Source of the DNA: Xylographa opegraphella
Taxonomy: Eukaryota
Assembly: GCA_022813865.1 (NCBI GenBank)
Contig: JALDZX010000039.1
Span: forward strand, 124,001-188,000
Length of the DNA stretch: 64,000 nucleotides
Direction of reading: 5' to 3'
In this document: positions 13,494-26,599 of the stretch, one piece after another
Position numbering within the stretch: position 1 is the stretch's first letter
Layout of the letters: every line of letters starts with the position of its first letter
Program-made: the position numbers and the translations under genes
The notes under the pieces: generated by a model
Told to the model about the DNA's origin: nothing
Database searches by the model: none
The model's input: the letters and a program-made list of their open reading frames with translations, nothing else

Positions 13494-13699
13494 TTGATCA
13501 CACCACTCCCAACCTTACACCATTTCATAAGCTACCGACTCTGTCTCCTTGTAAACTCTTCTGCGTCTTGCATTCACCAGTGATATATCCACAAAGACAC
13601 CGTACGATACAAAACTACATCTTCAACCTCAGACACACTACCTCCACCACCACCTCCACCCACAACCCAACCTCCCCACTCCACAACCCACCACCCACC

Positions 13700-14050
13700 A
13701 TGGCCAGCACAGCCTCCCACTCCACCTCCTCCTCCCTCTCCTCCTCCTCCACCACCACCCACTTCGCCGACGTCTCCCAGGCTCAAGACCACTTCGCCGC
13801 CCAGTTCAACCTCGACGACCCCGTCGACGCCGTCAGTTCCTACGCTCGGTTCGTCCCTCCCTCCCTCCACAAGCGTCACAGCCGCTAACATTCCTGTCGC
13901 AGCATCATGCACGACCACACCCTCCGCCAAATGGAGCGCGCCCGCTCCTCCACCCACCGCCGCACGCCCGCCTCCCCGTCCGTGGACGCCATGGCGTCGC
14001 TGGTGCAGGAGAGTTCGGTGGGGAGCGTGGATAGCCGGGGCGCTGCTTGA
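13700..14050 (+). CDS. Small uncharacterised fungal protein (98 aa), missed by the ORF track
   Basis: CCACCATGG start. Exon 13700-13848, intron 13849-13902 (GTTCGT..GCTAAC..GCAG), exon 13903-14050. Joined product reads ...DDPVDAVSSYARIMHDHTLRQMERA... Confidence 0.75.
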
Positions 14051-14752
14051 ACGGAGTGAGTGGACTAGAACGGGGGTGATGGGGATGGGGATTGCCGCGA
14101 TTGAGTGCATGAGTGCGTTCTGGGGGGGGGGGGGGTGTGAGTGCGGCGAGCATACATAAGCCATATCGACGAGTGGGAATGAGTGGTGCGAGCATATATA
14201 TGCCTACGGTGGCTTGATTGGCGCGCTCTCTACTTTGTGGATATGGTTCGGTGGGGTGGATGTGTGTATTGTATATTGTGCAGCGGGTTTGGTGTGTATG
14301 AGTATCAGCATTGAGGGCGTGGCGTGCGGGGTCGTGGGACGTGTGTGGCGCTTTTGTTGGGGATGGTGGTGGGTGGCGGCCTGCATCGGGAGGGTGGAGG
14401 AGCATATGGGCGGAGTGAAGTGTCCTTGGTATAGATCATGCATATTATACAGTAAACGCACAGATTTTCAAACTCAGTGTCATTGTCTATATTTCATTTC
14501 GGATTTCTAATGTGTGATAGGTCGTGGGTGGCTGGCTAGGATATTATGTCCCCCGGGTTTCGGCTCTGCATCATGAGGTGCTTCAATATACGCAAAACGC
14601 AGAAGTAGCAGTCCGATTAATTCCTCCATTCTCCATTCTCCGCCCCTCTACCACCGCTTCCTCATATCGAGACACCGAAGGCAGGCATCATAGCCTACTC
14701 TTACCCAGACTCCCACCCTGTATCCCGCGATCAGCACAGAGGAGGATTATCA

Positions 14753-16154
14753 TCATCCCTCTGGACGCACGGTGCACCTACACCAACCCCCCCCCATAAC
14801 ACCCCCCTCCGCACTCCAAACCTCCAACACCACTCCTCCCCGCCTCGACACCAAAAGCGCCACTCCGCCCCGCACGCTCCCAATCCGCCACACCACCTCC
14901 GCCGCCGGCCCCAGCTCCACACACCTGCGATCATGCGCCCCCGGCACGGCCATCTCACTTACATGCCCTCCCCCATCGCCGTCCTCCCCGTCCTCCTCCC
15001 CTCCCTCCCCTCCAACGCCCTCCCCCCCTCCACCATCCACATCCCACACCCTAACCCAAGCATCCAGGCCACACGCGTTCTCATACCCGCCGCCGTCCTT
15101 GCCGCCGGAGACGACCAGCCCCCGATAGAGAGCCATGGCCGTGACGGCGTGGTCGTGGGCCTTGCGCGCCCAGCGCAGGTGCTGCGTGGGCAGGGACCAG
15201 GCGAGGAGCCAGCCGGCGGTGGTGCTCGCGAGGAGGGTGGAAGCGTCGGCGTCGATGCGGAGGGCGCTAATGGGGGAGGCGACCTGGGCGAGGAGGGCGA
15301 GCGGGGATCTGGGGGCCGTTAGTGGGTCGGGACGTGAAGGGGGTTCGTGTTCGGTGTGCGCTTGCATGGGAACAGAGATGCAGGTGGAGTGGAGGTAGTA
15401 GAAGGGGGACAGACATGTAGGAGAGTCGTCTCACCCGTCACGCAGCCTCCACAGCCTGATCCCCCCGTCCAGCCCGGCAGTGATGACGCTCTCGCCGTGC
15501 ACGATCAGCGACATCACGGCTTGCGAGTGGCCGCGGAGCGTGGAGCGGCATGTCCCCGTGCCGAGACTCCATATCCTGGCTGTGCGGTCGCCGGAAGTCG
15601 ACACGAGGGCGTCGCCGCGCATCGCCAGGCAGTAGACGAAGGTCGCGTGGCCGCACAGCACGTGCACGCAGTGCCCGGAACTTACATCCCAGATGCGAAT
15701 CTGGCCGTCCGAGGAGCCGGAGGCCGCGTGGTGGTTGGCCTGCGGGTCGGGGTGCTCTGCCCAGTAGAGCGAGCGGACGAGCGAGCCGTGCCCCTGAAGG
15801 GTTCGCAGCTGCGTCCTCGTGAGCCGTCAGCCAAGTCACCAGTGTCGAAACGCGCCTTGAGCATTGCCGGGAGCCAGAGACACTGGGCTTTTGGAGTACG
15901 AACCCCGAAACGAGATCCCAAAGGCGCAGGCTCCCGCTCATTCCACCGCTCAGCAACGTGTTCCCCGAAGCCGCAAGCGCGCACACGCTCCCGGCAGGCT
16001 CGAGCAGTGCGTGAACGGGAGCTCCGTCGGTGTCGAAGACGTGGATGGTGCCATCGTTAAAGCCGACGAGGATGTGGCTCGTCGTGGTGTGGAAGCTGGA
16101 GACGACGCCTTCGCCGGAGATGGCGTGGCTGGAGTGGATCCTCATGGCTGCCAT
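14753..16154 (-). CDS. WD40-repeat protein resembling the WD40 region of Cdc4/Fbw7-type F-box proteins, with no F-box seen
   Basis: Exons 16154-15904, 15815-15435, 15308-14753. Repeated GH...SGSxDG.IRIWD units. N-terminal GVVSSFH..HILVGFNDGTIHVFD and C-terminal AEVVWRI..VLEVWS. Confidence 0.8.
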
Positions 16155-18331
16155 CGTATTGAACACTGGCGATAAATGAACGCGGGGAGACGGTTGGAAT
16201 AATTGGGGTTCATCATTCAGAAGCGCAATGATAGCAAAAACATTCGCGCGTGGTATGTATGTCTGTGGCACTGCCGTGGCTGATAAAGGCACCAGGCTGT
16301 CTCTGCATGCATGGGCGTCTGTTGCGTTCCTTCAGTTGGGACGCTGCGCCGTAGCACACAGGGTCGAGAAGGGGTATGCACCGGGCGGCTCAGTGGTCGC
16401 AGGTGCTGGAGCACAATGAACAAGTTCTTTGACCCTCCAGCTGGGTTGAATCTGCTGCAAGACGTATTTCCACGCTTCAAGGGGGCTTGTTTTAAGATCG
16501 GGGGCGATGTGGGCCAGATGTATTCGCTGAGGGACTAATATCAGATTAAAAATCAGAAACTATGATTTCGTATCAACGCAGGCTGCGATCGTAATCGTAG
16601 ACCTTGGCTTTGAGGTAAATGGCTTCTATAGGATGGTTTTTAGTCATTGCTTCATTGGAAGAAACTGCAAGAGCACCTGCATGGGAACTACGGATCACTC
16701 GAGCCAAGCCCGTTTATATCTCCATCCACCAATCTGAGTGAGATCAATTCCATCACACTATATTCTACAAGACAGATACTAAATGGTATCCGAGCGGATG
16801 TATGAAAGCGAGCATCATTTCATCGGGACAGAGGCGACAGGAATGTGTTCATGGCCAGATCAATACATCTGAATGTATTTAACGCCGCCTTCCGATCCCG
16901 TTCGTGGACGGCCCTATCGACTTGAGTGGCTGGATACACCCTGAGACGAGTATCATACTGTACCCCATGCAAGAGGTAATGAGCAACTTTCAGATTGATT
17001 TCAGAACCACTTCGCGCTCGGAGTGGCTTGCTTTATGGTACATTGCGCCAGAATCGGCCACTCGCATGGATTGATTGGGTAATTATCGTGTATTCCCAGA
17101 CCCGGGTGAGTCCATCGTTAGAGTCATCACTCTCGAGGAAAGCGTCTTGCATATTGAATCCGACAGTGTCGTTGATAGACGCCCCGTTCAAGCTCCGGTC
17201 AAGGCATCGTGCCTCATTGCTTGGTCACGTACGGCATCCGAAACAACACCTATGAGGGTAATCAGTCTGGAAGACAGGATAGCAGTCGAACGAGGTACGT
17301 ACCATCGATCGCATTCGTCATGCCTCGGCGGAAGCAATGAGTAGTTAGCCTGTTCCCCGAAGCCCGTGTCTTTCCCAAGCACATCAACAACCAATATTGT
17401 GGCTGCAGAATCAATGAAAGTCGAGACTACGTTAACATCCCTATTCAGTTAGTTTTCAAATCGTTCCGTGGAACGGCCAAGGACACCAGACTTTGACGTT
17501 GAATCGCGGTTCATGATTATATTGCCGATCAAGCAGTGTGAATGCATTGAGCTTCTCAAATTAGCCATACGCGATCCATAATCATTAGAGTGCTGTGTTG
17601 AAAGAAACACAATCCGTGTATATCCTTGTAGCGTGGGGAAGGTTTGCACCCTATGTCTGGGACAGAGGTGTATTCGATATGCTTAAAATTCTGTGGACTC
17701 GATGCTCGAACTGCTGAACGTTTTCTTCTACATGACACTATAAGATACCTCGCATCTTGGAGATCGTACAAGGATTGAGGAAAAAAGGTATTATAAATGA
17801 ACTTATGTGCTAAGCAGTTGATGTTTGATGCAGTAACCCTAATCGATACGATGTGCTTGATATGCTGGTCGGCTAGCATATTAGCGTTGCTCTCTGGTGG
17901 GTTCTATTCCAGAAATGGATTAGTGTATAGGGGAACGGACAAGTTCAGCTGGCCTCAGCCCGCCTTCGATTCCTACATGCATTCCTCAACCGGATGCTGT
18001 TATCGTCATAGAGACATACGCCTCTACCGGCCTTCTTGCAAGTGGCTCGATGCGTGTACCATTTTGACATTCAGCCAGCCACAAAGCTCTTAGCAAGCAA
18101 TAGGGCCTGTAAATGGAGGACCTTACATTGAGAGATAGCATGTTCCGCAGACACCTAGCTAGCCAGAGACTTGCGCCTGCATTGGACTTAAATACAATTC
18201 AATAACAGTGTGCTTTGAACATAAAAAGCACCTCCGAGCTCCAGTTACTTCTGAACAGTATCATTTTCTACGTTGTTGCTAGGAAGATAAATGCTTGTTC
18301 TTTTATACTTAGCCCACAAGAAGTAATCATC

Positions 18332-19265
18332 ATGTTCTTTAATTTATTCCTTGTCGTCTTTTCTTTTTTCTTTGATACCTTTGCACAATCCGAGAACCGT
18401 CAAATCGTCGTCGGTGACTCAGATCCACCCTGTGCCACCGGCGTACACATGATCGTTATACGTGCAACCGCAGAGCCGCCGGGGTATGGAATCCTCGGCA
18501 CAGTCGTGAGCCAATTAGAGGCACGAATCAACGGCTCTAGCGGCGAGGCTGTTGTCTATCCTGCCGAGGGTGTGAAGTACGTTCGCGGAAAACCAAAATT
18601 CAGTCTGCCTAAATACATAAATTCGGAAACTTGGGGAACCAAAAACATGACCATTGCCCTCAAAGAATATACGCTACGCTGCCCAGAAAGTCGCATCGCT
18701 CTGCTAGGCTATTCACAGGTGAGGCTTGCAGAGCTTGGGGCTTTCTATATGTTATATCCAAGAACGTTTATCGCTGATATCATACAGGGTGCCCATGTAA
18801 TCGGTGACGTCTTATGTGGCAGGACACTTTGGAATCACTTAGACCCCTTACCTGCTAATTATACTAAAAACAGTAGGTCCTGACCTGTGGCGAGTGTTCA
18901 GTCTTACCAACGTCCATAACAGTCGATGTAATTCTTCAATTTGGAGATCCAAGCAACGCCGTTGAAATGCCGTGGCATGTGGGAAGTAGTAAAGGGAACG
19001 GGGTAGGGTTGGCCATATCGCAGATTACGAGGTCACGAGTATACTAACTCTACCTCAATAGTTCTTTGCGCGTAAAGATATCAAACCTTGTCAAAGTCTT
19101 GAACCACACTGGCAATCGTATTGCGATAAAAAGGACATTTTCTGTACTAAAAAGGGCGGTTATAAACACCATCTACACTACCTGACGGATTATAATTCCC
19201 CTATTATCGACTTTATCATGAAGAACGTACAGAAACCTAGCCAGGGTTTCTTGTTTGATGGCTAG
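18332..19265 (+). CDS. Secreted cutinase-family (CE5) acetylxylan esterase-like enzyme
   Basis: Signal peptide. Exons 18332-18718, 18788-18872, 18923-19002, 19062-19265. GYSQ|GA nucleophile motif split by an intron, FGDP, CDKKDIFC (Asp) and HLHY (His). Confidence 0.9.
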
Positions 19266-19903
19266 TAGCTCCCGTATAGTATACGGAATCGGTCGGACTC
19301 ACTAGGGGTTCAGTACTGATGGTTGGTATAAGTAAAAATACAGGACCCTCAGGGCTAATACGAGTAACGCGGAAAGTATTTTATTTCATCGTGGAAGATT
19401 TTCGAAACTGGGGAGTCATCAATGCAAAGAGGAGCGAACGTGTCTCAAGGCTCAACCAATACTGTAGCGTATCAGTTTCGCTATCCCAAAAGGGACGAAG
19501 CACAACTCGTATTTGAGCATAGAATCTCTTAGCTTAATTTCTGCACTGTAATGTATTCCAGAAAGAGCACGCTAGCGACTCAATTGCAGTGCTGCACTAT
19601 AAGAAGGCAGAGTCAAAAGTTTCTGCCGTTCGAGCCGCATGGAAAACCCTGATTTTCAGACCTTGCAATTCTCAAGCTATAGATGGAGTGCTCGTCAACT
19701 ACTTTCATTACCATGATTAGGTTGGATATGGGACAAAGTAACGCGAGGGAAAGGGCTGCTCACTTACACGATGCTCGTCAGTCTGATTCGAAATCAATTA
19801 AGCCATATACTTCCACGTTCTTCCAATAATTCTTCGTATTGCGTGGCTTTCTACGTTTCGTACTGGATGGAGCATCCCTGGACTTGGCAGACTTGGGCTC
19901 AGC

Positions 19904-20530
19904 CTACTTGCCGGTTTTGGGAGGAGTAGGCCGTAGGGGATCGTACATCGGATAGACTGCGATGTCCTTGCGTGGCCTGCGAAGGAGTCGCTTCAGAAGG
20001 GTCCCTGCTTTGCGGTTGCCGCGAGGAAAATAGCTAACGGTGCGTCTTGTATACTCCAGTAATGCTTCCGCTGTCGGAAATACCCGGGCTGCCGCATCTC
20101 CAAGACGATGAGCATCAATCACGCCGACGAGATTGAAGTGCACGGTTTGCAGAGCCTGTCGCTTCAATCAGCAATGCCTCACACGTACTCCGTTGATTTT
20201 GAGCAGTACTTCACAGCAGTCGTCGCAAGTCGCGGTGCTGAACCCAGTCGAAGACCTTCGAACGCCTACGAATGTGCACAAGGTCTGCCAGGCCAGTAGG
20301 TCGTGTTCATCTGTACCGAACAAGCGGTTAAATTCCTTGACTAAAGCCATTCGATACGCTTCCCATGCTTTGGCCCCTTGCTCGTTGATGTTGTCCCGCT
20401 TCCAACGGTAGAATCTCCTCATTCGTTGAAATTCAGAAGCCGACGAATGCAGTGGATTGTACTCGAACTCGGGATAGGACATGAAGAATCGTGCCATATA
20501 GCCTGATGCATTTACGGAAGTACGGTGCAT
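19904..20530 (-). CDS. Fungal protein of unknown function
   Basis: Two ORFs joined by intron about 20209-20156. Motifs FFxxYPEFEYNP, FNRLFGTDEHDLLAWQTLC, HFNLV and YFPR..AGTLLKRLLR resemble a widespread uncharacterised fungal family. Confidence 0.7.
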
Positions 20531-21564
20531 ATCCTTCTTGTTAGGTCTTGTGGCATATTGGCTGCGCAGGTCCTATGGTTCTACGTTACAATTTGGAAAC
20601 GAGGTAGAGGCTGGTGTTTGGGCTGCAAGGGTCCGAGCCTGGTTCTAGGTAGACCCTAGTATGTGAACGTTGTGTAACATTGGTATTGTGAATGATGAGG
20701 CACCGTGCGTGTGTGGTGAAGGGTCCTCTGCAACTCCGTCTGCCATTCGATGACATCGAGATTCGAAGTGATCACCGACAGCCGACTTGCTCATCACGAG
20801 TCAACTTGCTTCAGAGCACGATGTAGGCAGTTCGAGTTGAAGACTACAGCATCTTAGCAGTCGAATCCACTTCTGCTGCTATAAAGAAATATAACCATAT
20901 CGCCAGCTTTTTCTTCTTGCACCTCACCCAGATGTTTCCTCGCCATCATAGCTCTCTAGCAATAATCATGTGGGTCTAAGGAGCCCTGTGCTCCAAACGT
21001 TGAAGTTCCTTATTCGTCCGAGCGGACTATGGTTCAGTTTGCTTCAACCATAGTCCCCAGAAAACGCGAGTGGAAAGGCTTTGTCTGTCCTTGCATATTC
21101 AATTGCACATTCAATTAAACGTTCCGGTGCGACGACCACGTGTTTAAGAAAATTACACAAACGAGATCCTGGCTATCACTTCGCGATATATTTAAGCGCG
21201 TGCATGTCGGTTATTCTAAAGCATGCACGACAGCATACGCGCGCGTCTATCATATCCTGACATGAAAACCCTAGTGGGCAGGTATCACGTCTCTATTACT
21301 CTGTATCTAAATTGTTTAAAATCTCTGGCAAAATACTCGAATTAACAGGATAGTATTCACACTGATGGATTATCAATGGTACTTCTGTAAAGTGTTCTAC
21401 TCAACCCTTGTAGGCATGCATTGTTGGTGCGGCAACGCTGCGGGTGAGGGTAGTTTTTCGAAAGGGTGCATTTAGACTTCCAGCACTTGCTTCATCGCGT
21501 TTTGTCAAAAGAACCCCACACAAACATTGTACATCTTGTCAGTCTCCAGTTATAGGTTGAAATC

Positions 21565-22947
21565 ATGAGTGACTACTCTTCAGGCGTTCCAGCTGTCCAT
21601 CCTCTCTTACTTGTTATTGCAATGACAATGTGGACCACAATCACCATAGGATTTACCACCCGATCCTCCATCATACGCTTGGCTGGCTTGCCTTTCGTGA
21701 TCATAGCTGGGTGGCTGGTCATGTCGACTAGTCTCGAGACAATGCGATCAAATTGTTGGTCTTCTGTTCTAGCTGGTTCTGGGTTCTTTGATGCTCTCCG
21801 GTACATTGACCTGGTCTTGCTGAGTAAGTGGAGTTTCTCCTCTCGAGGCCCAGCAAGCTCGGGGAAGATACAACCCAAGAAAGCGATAGAAAGCAACAAG
21901 CGGTACAGTGAATATGATTCAGACGCTCTTGTGCCCTCGACCTGGACTCGACTACGCTTTGGACTCCTTGCTACCATATCTTGTCGAAAAGTCAATACAT
22001 TCTTCAGTTCAAAGAACATACCGTATTTTTCAGCCCGGAATCCTCAATACGTACCTTCGAAGCCTATCTTCTTACGGAATACGGTTATAAAGTTCTTGGC
22101 CTGCTATCTTGTCGTCGACATTTTTACCTCAGCCGCAGAGCCAGACCAGAATGTGATCCTATTTCCCTTAGAAAACATCCCACTTCTAATGCGATCTTGC
22201 CAAATAACCCCAGGCGACGTGGCTGTGAGGGTAGCCGCGACACTCACCTTTTGGCTGAGTGGGTATTGCATCTTACAACTTGGCCATCTGCTCATGGCCT
22301 TCGTTGCTGTCGCTGCAGGTCTGAGTCCAGTAAGCTCATGGCCACCACTGTTCGGTGCGCTGGCAGAAATCTGCACAATTCGACGATTTTGGGGGTACGT
22401 AAGGCACCAGAAGGATCTACTCCGGCTTGATTGCTCTTCACTATAATCATTCAAAAAGTGGCTTATTCACTAACAGAAGCACTGTAGAAGTTTCTGGCAT
22501 CAGACGCTGCGGCAGTCCTTTTCCAGCCTGGCCCATTTTCTCGTTATCGACAGCCTCCGTCTTCGCGATGGTACCGTGATAGCTCGATATCTCAAGCTTT
22601 TCTTCACTTTCTTCATCTCTGGCGTGGCACATACGAGTATCGACTTGGCTATGGGGATCCCCTTCTCAGAGACCGGTGCCCTTCGCTTCTTCTGTACGCA
22701 GGCCATAGGGATTATGGTGGAAGACGCTGTACAGAGTCTTTATCGCACCTTTATTGTTCACGACGGTCCTGGACCCAAGCAGTCACCAGCGTGGACAAGG
22801 ATAGCTGGGCGTTTGTGGCTCGGTGTCTTCTTGGTGTGGTCTACTCCCGTATGGGTGTACCCCATGATTCGACTTAACACCGACGAGGTAAAAAGTGTGG
22901 TTGTGCCCGTCAGCGTTATCAGACCTCTGCTCCAATCTATTCGATAG
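21565..22947 (+). CDS. Membrane-bound O-acyltransferase (MBOAT_2/wax-synthase, TRI7-like)
   Basis: Exons 21565-22394 and 22488-22947. Motifs WPPLFG..TIRRFWG-SFWHQ, TFFISGVAH (catalytic His), FFCTQAIGIMVED and WSTPVWVYP. Many hydrophobic helices. Confidence 0.9.
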
Positions 22948-23752
22948 TGCTCCTGGTTGTGCTCTTGGTTTGCGAGAAGCTGCTAAATGATTGGTCGATG
23001 CCTTATATATATATATATATGAGATGGGATGTAGTGGTAGGATGTGGACCTTTATGGTCGGAAGACGTATAATGAGTAAGAAGATACTCCCATGCACAGA
23101 GATATGGAAGAATGAGTTTACTTCTATATTGATATATCAATTCAATTGCGCGTGAGATTAGCTGAGCAATTAATCAATTACAAATCCAAAGCACTATCCA
23201 ACTACACAACGGCATCGCCTGTCATGCGCAGCAGTTAGGAGAGATAGCAATTTGACTTTGGAAACAGCACTGCGTCTGTTACAGTTGAAGCCATAGGCGA
23301 CGTGCATTGTTCCCATGGGGCAATCACAACTGGTTACCCGGGCATTGATTTCATGCAGGCGTCCGGGTACAAGAAGGCAGAACTTCTTCCAGCTGTAACC
23401 CTTCGTCTTTGTCGTTTGCGAATAGGTACTCGCAAAGATCAACAAAGCACACCTCTTCTTTAACGTCATCTTATAGGTAACACCACACGAGCACAATGGT
23501 CACTCAGGTAGCGAGGATCCGGAATTTAGAGACGTTCTTGGCTCAGGCGATGGGGACTTTAGTAGAACAGGATGAGGCAATTCATGAACGATGAATGAAT
23601 TGAGAACGCCCCGGGACTCTCAGATCCAAAACAGCGCATATTCAGATATCGGACTTGTGAGCCGGATGAGAGGAAAGTAGGCTTGGCGGCTGAACTTCGA
23701 CTAAGTAAGAGTGGAACCTTGTCCCCATTATATCTGTACAGACCACAACAGC

Positions 23753-24879
23753 TCACACTTCGACACGAGAGCTATTGGCAAAACCTGTACCCCAGATCCG
23801 CTGCAACCTGCTGCATCTATAAAATGAATCTTCTACTTTGAGGTCTGCCCATAAGATAGGCGCGTTAACCACCTTGACTTCTTTGGGATTCAAGGTCTTC
23901 TGGATTCCGACAAACAGACTCCTAAACGCAGTCATGCACACCATGATGATGGCGACGCATGCTTCAGTGTTCGGCCAGAACGCTGTCCAGGTCTCGTCGG
24001 AAGTGCCGTAGAATTGCAGACCAACGCCGCGGATCAAGGCGATGATGGTCTGGAACATGCTCAGGCACAGGATGACGCCGATGGTGAGCTTCTTGCGGAA
24101 GCTGAGTGAGACTTCCCGGAGAATCCATATGGGGATCGAGATCACTGTGGGTGGTTAGAGTTTGTGTGGGTAGAGTGGGAGGGGCGGTTACGTAGAAGCG
24201 CTGTGATGATATCCGCGGCCACGAAGTAGTATGTGGCGATCAGTTTCCGTTGCTCGTAGCCAGGTGCGAGTGTGCATATTTCTGCGATCATTCAGCACAC
24301 TGCAGTAGCATGGGAACAAGAGAACAGAATACCAATGGCCATGGAAGTAACAACGGGGCAAGTGATGAAGCTCGCGAAGACGCTTGGTGGACTGACAATG
24401 ACAAGGATAGCCAGGATGCACCAGCACCATTTCATTTTCTGCGGCTGTTGCCGGAGCACACCTTTGAAGTAGAACAGGAAAGAGAACTTGACGCTGTAAA
24501 TTGTGAGAGAAGAAAGGATTTGCGACATAGTATTCGACCAGAGAACACCAAGCGCTTGATTGAGCTGTACCTCTAGACGTGCTGGGGGGTCTATTTTCTG
24601 GTTGGCGATAACCGCACACAGTCTGACAACCACTCCAGCGATGAGAGATGCTGTACCAAGGAATGCGAAGTAGTCATCCACATAGAACCTTTGGGAGTGC
24701 ATGCGGATCAATGTGCGAGCTAGGACGCAGAGAACTGCGAGGACGAGGAGGGTTATATGGGAAATCTGCAGAATCGTGCTGTTAGTTATTTGCAGAGAAT
24801 GCAGATATCGTGTACTCACGAATTGAGCCTGAGGACTTATATGTACCGAATGAGCAAAATTCGCTGGGACGGCGAACAT
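23753..24879 (-). CDS. PTH11-like integral membrane protein (fungal rhodopsin-like domain, no CFEM)
   Basis: Four exons with three GT-AG introns. Motifs ARTLIR..FYVDDYF, YSVKFSFLFYF, DIIT.LL..IPIWIL..KKL and EACVAIIMVC. Confidence 0.8.
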
Positions 24880-25451
24880 GTTTTCGATGATGCCGACAAT
24901 TTCGCCAATGGCGGTTTTCCTGTAAGGTTAATGTATGAAATACAGCTAGAAAGGCTGAAGCTGAGTAGGGAAAGACTAAATTGTGGTCAAGTGAAAGGAG
25001 GGTGTTCGGTAGAGTGATGGGTAAGATTTTGGCGCCGACGCTGTGTGAAAGTTTTCCGCAAAGAAAACAGTGTACACAAAAGAATTAAAGTTTCTGTGTT
25101 GTTTGAAGAGCCCGTGTTGATGGGGTGGTGGAAAGTACACCACAGTCCCATGTGTATGGCAGTACCGATCCGTACGGGATTGATATCAGCACACACTCGG
25201 CACGTTCTTAGGTTTCTTTTAGCTCTTGGAAAGCGACGAACCCGATCGATGTGAGCGTGGATGGAAAGCTTTCAGGGAATGTGTTCACCCTTTCAAGGCA
25301 GATGTCGGATGTACGCCCCAGATACAGATTGGCATGACAACATCGGCACGTATCAATCTTGACTTCAGAAATGGATAGTACAGGTGAAGCAAAGTGTTTT
25401 GATCTGTTTTAACTAGGTTTTGAAACATACACTGTGAACAAATAATTTAGA

Positions 25452-26363
25452 TCATACATATCCTACCACACGTTAGTCCTTGCCATACCAGGACCCTTCC
25501 AATTCAAAAAATACCTTTCCTTGCTCCTTGAAAGAAAAACCTTACAATGAACACCTGTAATCCTGCCATCGCAACCATCATACCTGATTCTATAATCGAG
25601 AAATTGAAAATCCGTTTCTCCGTGCTCCTGACAGTACTGAAGTTCCGATTCTCCCGAGTCCGGAAATATTTCTGATTACGATTGATGGTTGAGAGTTGTC
25701 CTGAGAGCTTGAAGATCGATTCTTCCAGTGCCGAAGTCTGTTCGGGAGTTGTACCTTGTTTTTGTGGCAGCGAAGTACGTGCTTCATTTTCGACCTGAAG
25801 TCTCAATTAGAACTGCATGACAAAATAGCAGGAAGTTGAAAATTTCTATTGAATTCGAGAACGGACTGGGAGGGTACAGGAAGAGACAAGCTATTGTGCT
25901 TAGGGTGAACATCGAAAAGGGGACATACAGCTATCTCGAAGTCCACCATTTTTTCCGCGAACGTCGACATCTCATTGTTGAAACACACTCTGTATTCCCC
26001 AGCATCCTGAGCAGTAAAGACAAAATCGCCCTGACGCTCTTTCGGATTTGACATGATTATTTTGTCATTGGGCCCAACCACTGCGTAGTCGACATCAAAT
26101 GAGCCGCCTGATTGAACCTGTATCGTTGTATTCCCAGAATCAGTATGCATATCATACTTCAGTCACGATGATGGAGCGATTTGCATAGCTTGAGCTCTAA
26201 TCACACTTACAGCAAAATAGAAAGCGACTTTGGCATTTCTCTGCTCGACATAAGTGAAGAAGCATGCCTTCTCGTTGGGGGCGAGCTTGTATGTGAGAGC
26301 AGTAGCGGATGCACAAGAGAACATGCAGGCCAGAAGGCCATACAAGAGAGGATGTATCCGCAT
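25452..26363 (-). CDS. p24/emp24-gp25L family cargo receptor (Erp3-like)
   Basis: Four exons. Signal peptide, GOLD domain (EKACF..VQSGGSFDVDY..YRVCFNNEMSTFAEK), RTRENRNFSTVRST, a TM helix and a FF..RKGYV tail. Confidence 0.93.
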
Positions 26364-26599
26364 GGTTGACTCGTGATTTCGTGGACTCGAGCCGCGAAAT
26401 GTTGGTCCGAAAGGGAGTCGCGCTAGTGCCGAATCTGGAGCTTCGGGCAGAAGCTCGACCTCCAGGCAAGCTGCACACGCAATACCAATCACTTTTACAA
26501 CACCTCTCGCATCTGGAACCTACTATCACAAATCGTACTCTATCATCGTAAGGGTCATACCAACCAGCTTGAATTGACGTTTCGCATATCTGAGCCGCC

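Noticed and set aside
14925..14962. GTAAGT...GCAG mini-intron in the last WD40 exon
   Set aside because: Only about 38 nt with no clear branch site, and removal would break the frame of the conserved C-terminus.
24766..24819. Read-through segment VSTRYLHSLQITNSTILQ in the PTH11-like ORF
   Set aside because: It is an in-frame 54-nt intron (GTGAGT..CTAAC..CAG).
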